Shown piece by piece: positions 63,321-64,000 of a DNA stretch of 64,000 nt. The position numbers and the translations under genes are program-made. The stretch lies in assembly GCF_009914755.1 (NCBI RefSeq), contig NC_060926.1; one strand, 5' to 3'. Under the pieces are notes generated by a model that saw nothing but the letters and a program-made list of their open reading frames with translations, ran no database searches and had not been told where the DNA came from. Within the stretch, counting starts at the first letter, position 1; each line of letters opens with the position of its first letter. Source of the DNA: the human T2T-CHM13v2.0 reference genome, Homo sapiens.

Positions 63321-63814
63321 GTGTTATTTTGGTCTGTTTGGCTAATATGTGTCACTGGGATTCTCCCACCAGTCCCTGCTGTTGCCCACCTGAGGGAACA
63401 GGGGAGCTGCCCCAGGCTGGGCCACCTGCTGCAGCTAGGTGGGTGGGGAGTGGTGGTTGTGTTGGTGTGTGGAGCTGGTTTTCTTGTTGTGGGGAAGATC
63501 TCCTTTGATCTGCGGGGACTGAGTCTGCCTGGGTTGCCTTCTATTGCTACGTTGGGAGTTGGGAAACTCTGGGCCTGGGTCACCGTCCTATTGGATGAGG
63601 TCCAGGGAGACACCTGGCCACTATGCATTCCCTAGTCCTAGAGTCCCTCAGCAGCCTTTTTCTGTCCACCTTTCGGAATTCTCCATTGATCATCTCCTGT
63701 CTATTATTTCTAGAGGAGGGTATAATGTGTTATCTTCTCTAGACCAGAAATCCTTAGTGGTGGTTTCGGGTTGTAACTGTGCTAAAGGGAGAATTGGCGT
63801 ATTTGTGATGTCGA

Positions 63815-63970
63815 GTCTTCCTTTTCAAATGAGGACATACCATTATTCAGTATATAATATTTACAACATCTACTTCCTTGGGTTGAAGAATGTGGTTAAG
63901 GCAAGGAAAGTACTTAACACAGTGCCTGGTGTGGAGAGCACTTACGAGTGTTGGTAGTGATGCTATTCCT
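63815..63970 (+). mobile_element. MIR remnant
   Basis: CAAATGAGGACA...AAAGTACTTAACACAGTGCCTGGTGTGGAGAGCACTTA. Confidence 0.65.
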
Positions 63971-64000
63971 TTTGTCCTTTGGTAGCATATTAAAGCTTTT

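Overview
Primate (human-like) genomic DNA with the hallmarks of a pericentromeric segmental-duplication mosaic. I can support no intact protein-coding gene, RNA gene or CRISPR array. From left to right: (1) a dispersed immunoglobulin kappa IGKV1 orphon with an open V exon and intact 12-RSS but no start codon; (2) an internally deleted HERV-L provirus whose 3' MLT2A LTR is split by an inverted MLT2A LTR; (3) dense Alu/L1/L2/MaLR repeats; (4) a single frameshifted TRIM43-like RING/B-box exon; (5) about 2.8 kb of degenerate (CATTT/CATCT)n satellite; (6) about 5.5 kb of GC-skewed CAGGG repeats with an internal orientation flip; (7) REP522-like GC-rich repeats; (8) an interstitial TAR1 (subtelomeric, TERRA-promoter-like) element expanded into a structured VNTR, joined to a FAM27-like CpG island. 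Repeat family and subfamily names and gene-family assignments come from recalled consensus sequences, not searches, and many repeat boundaries are approximate. The most unusual feature is the satellite-CAGGG-REP522-TAR1-CpG island cassette, but the sequence alone does not show it is a new functional system.
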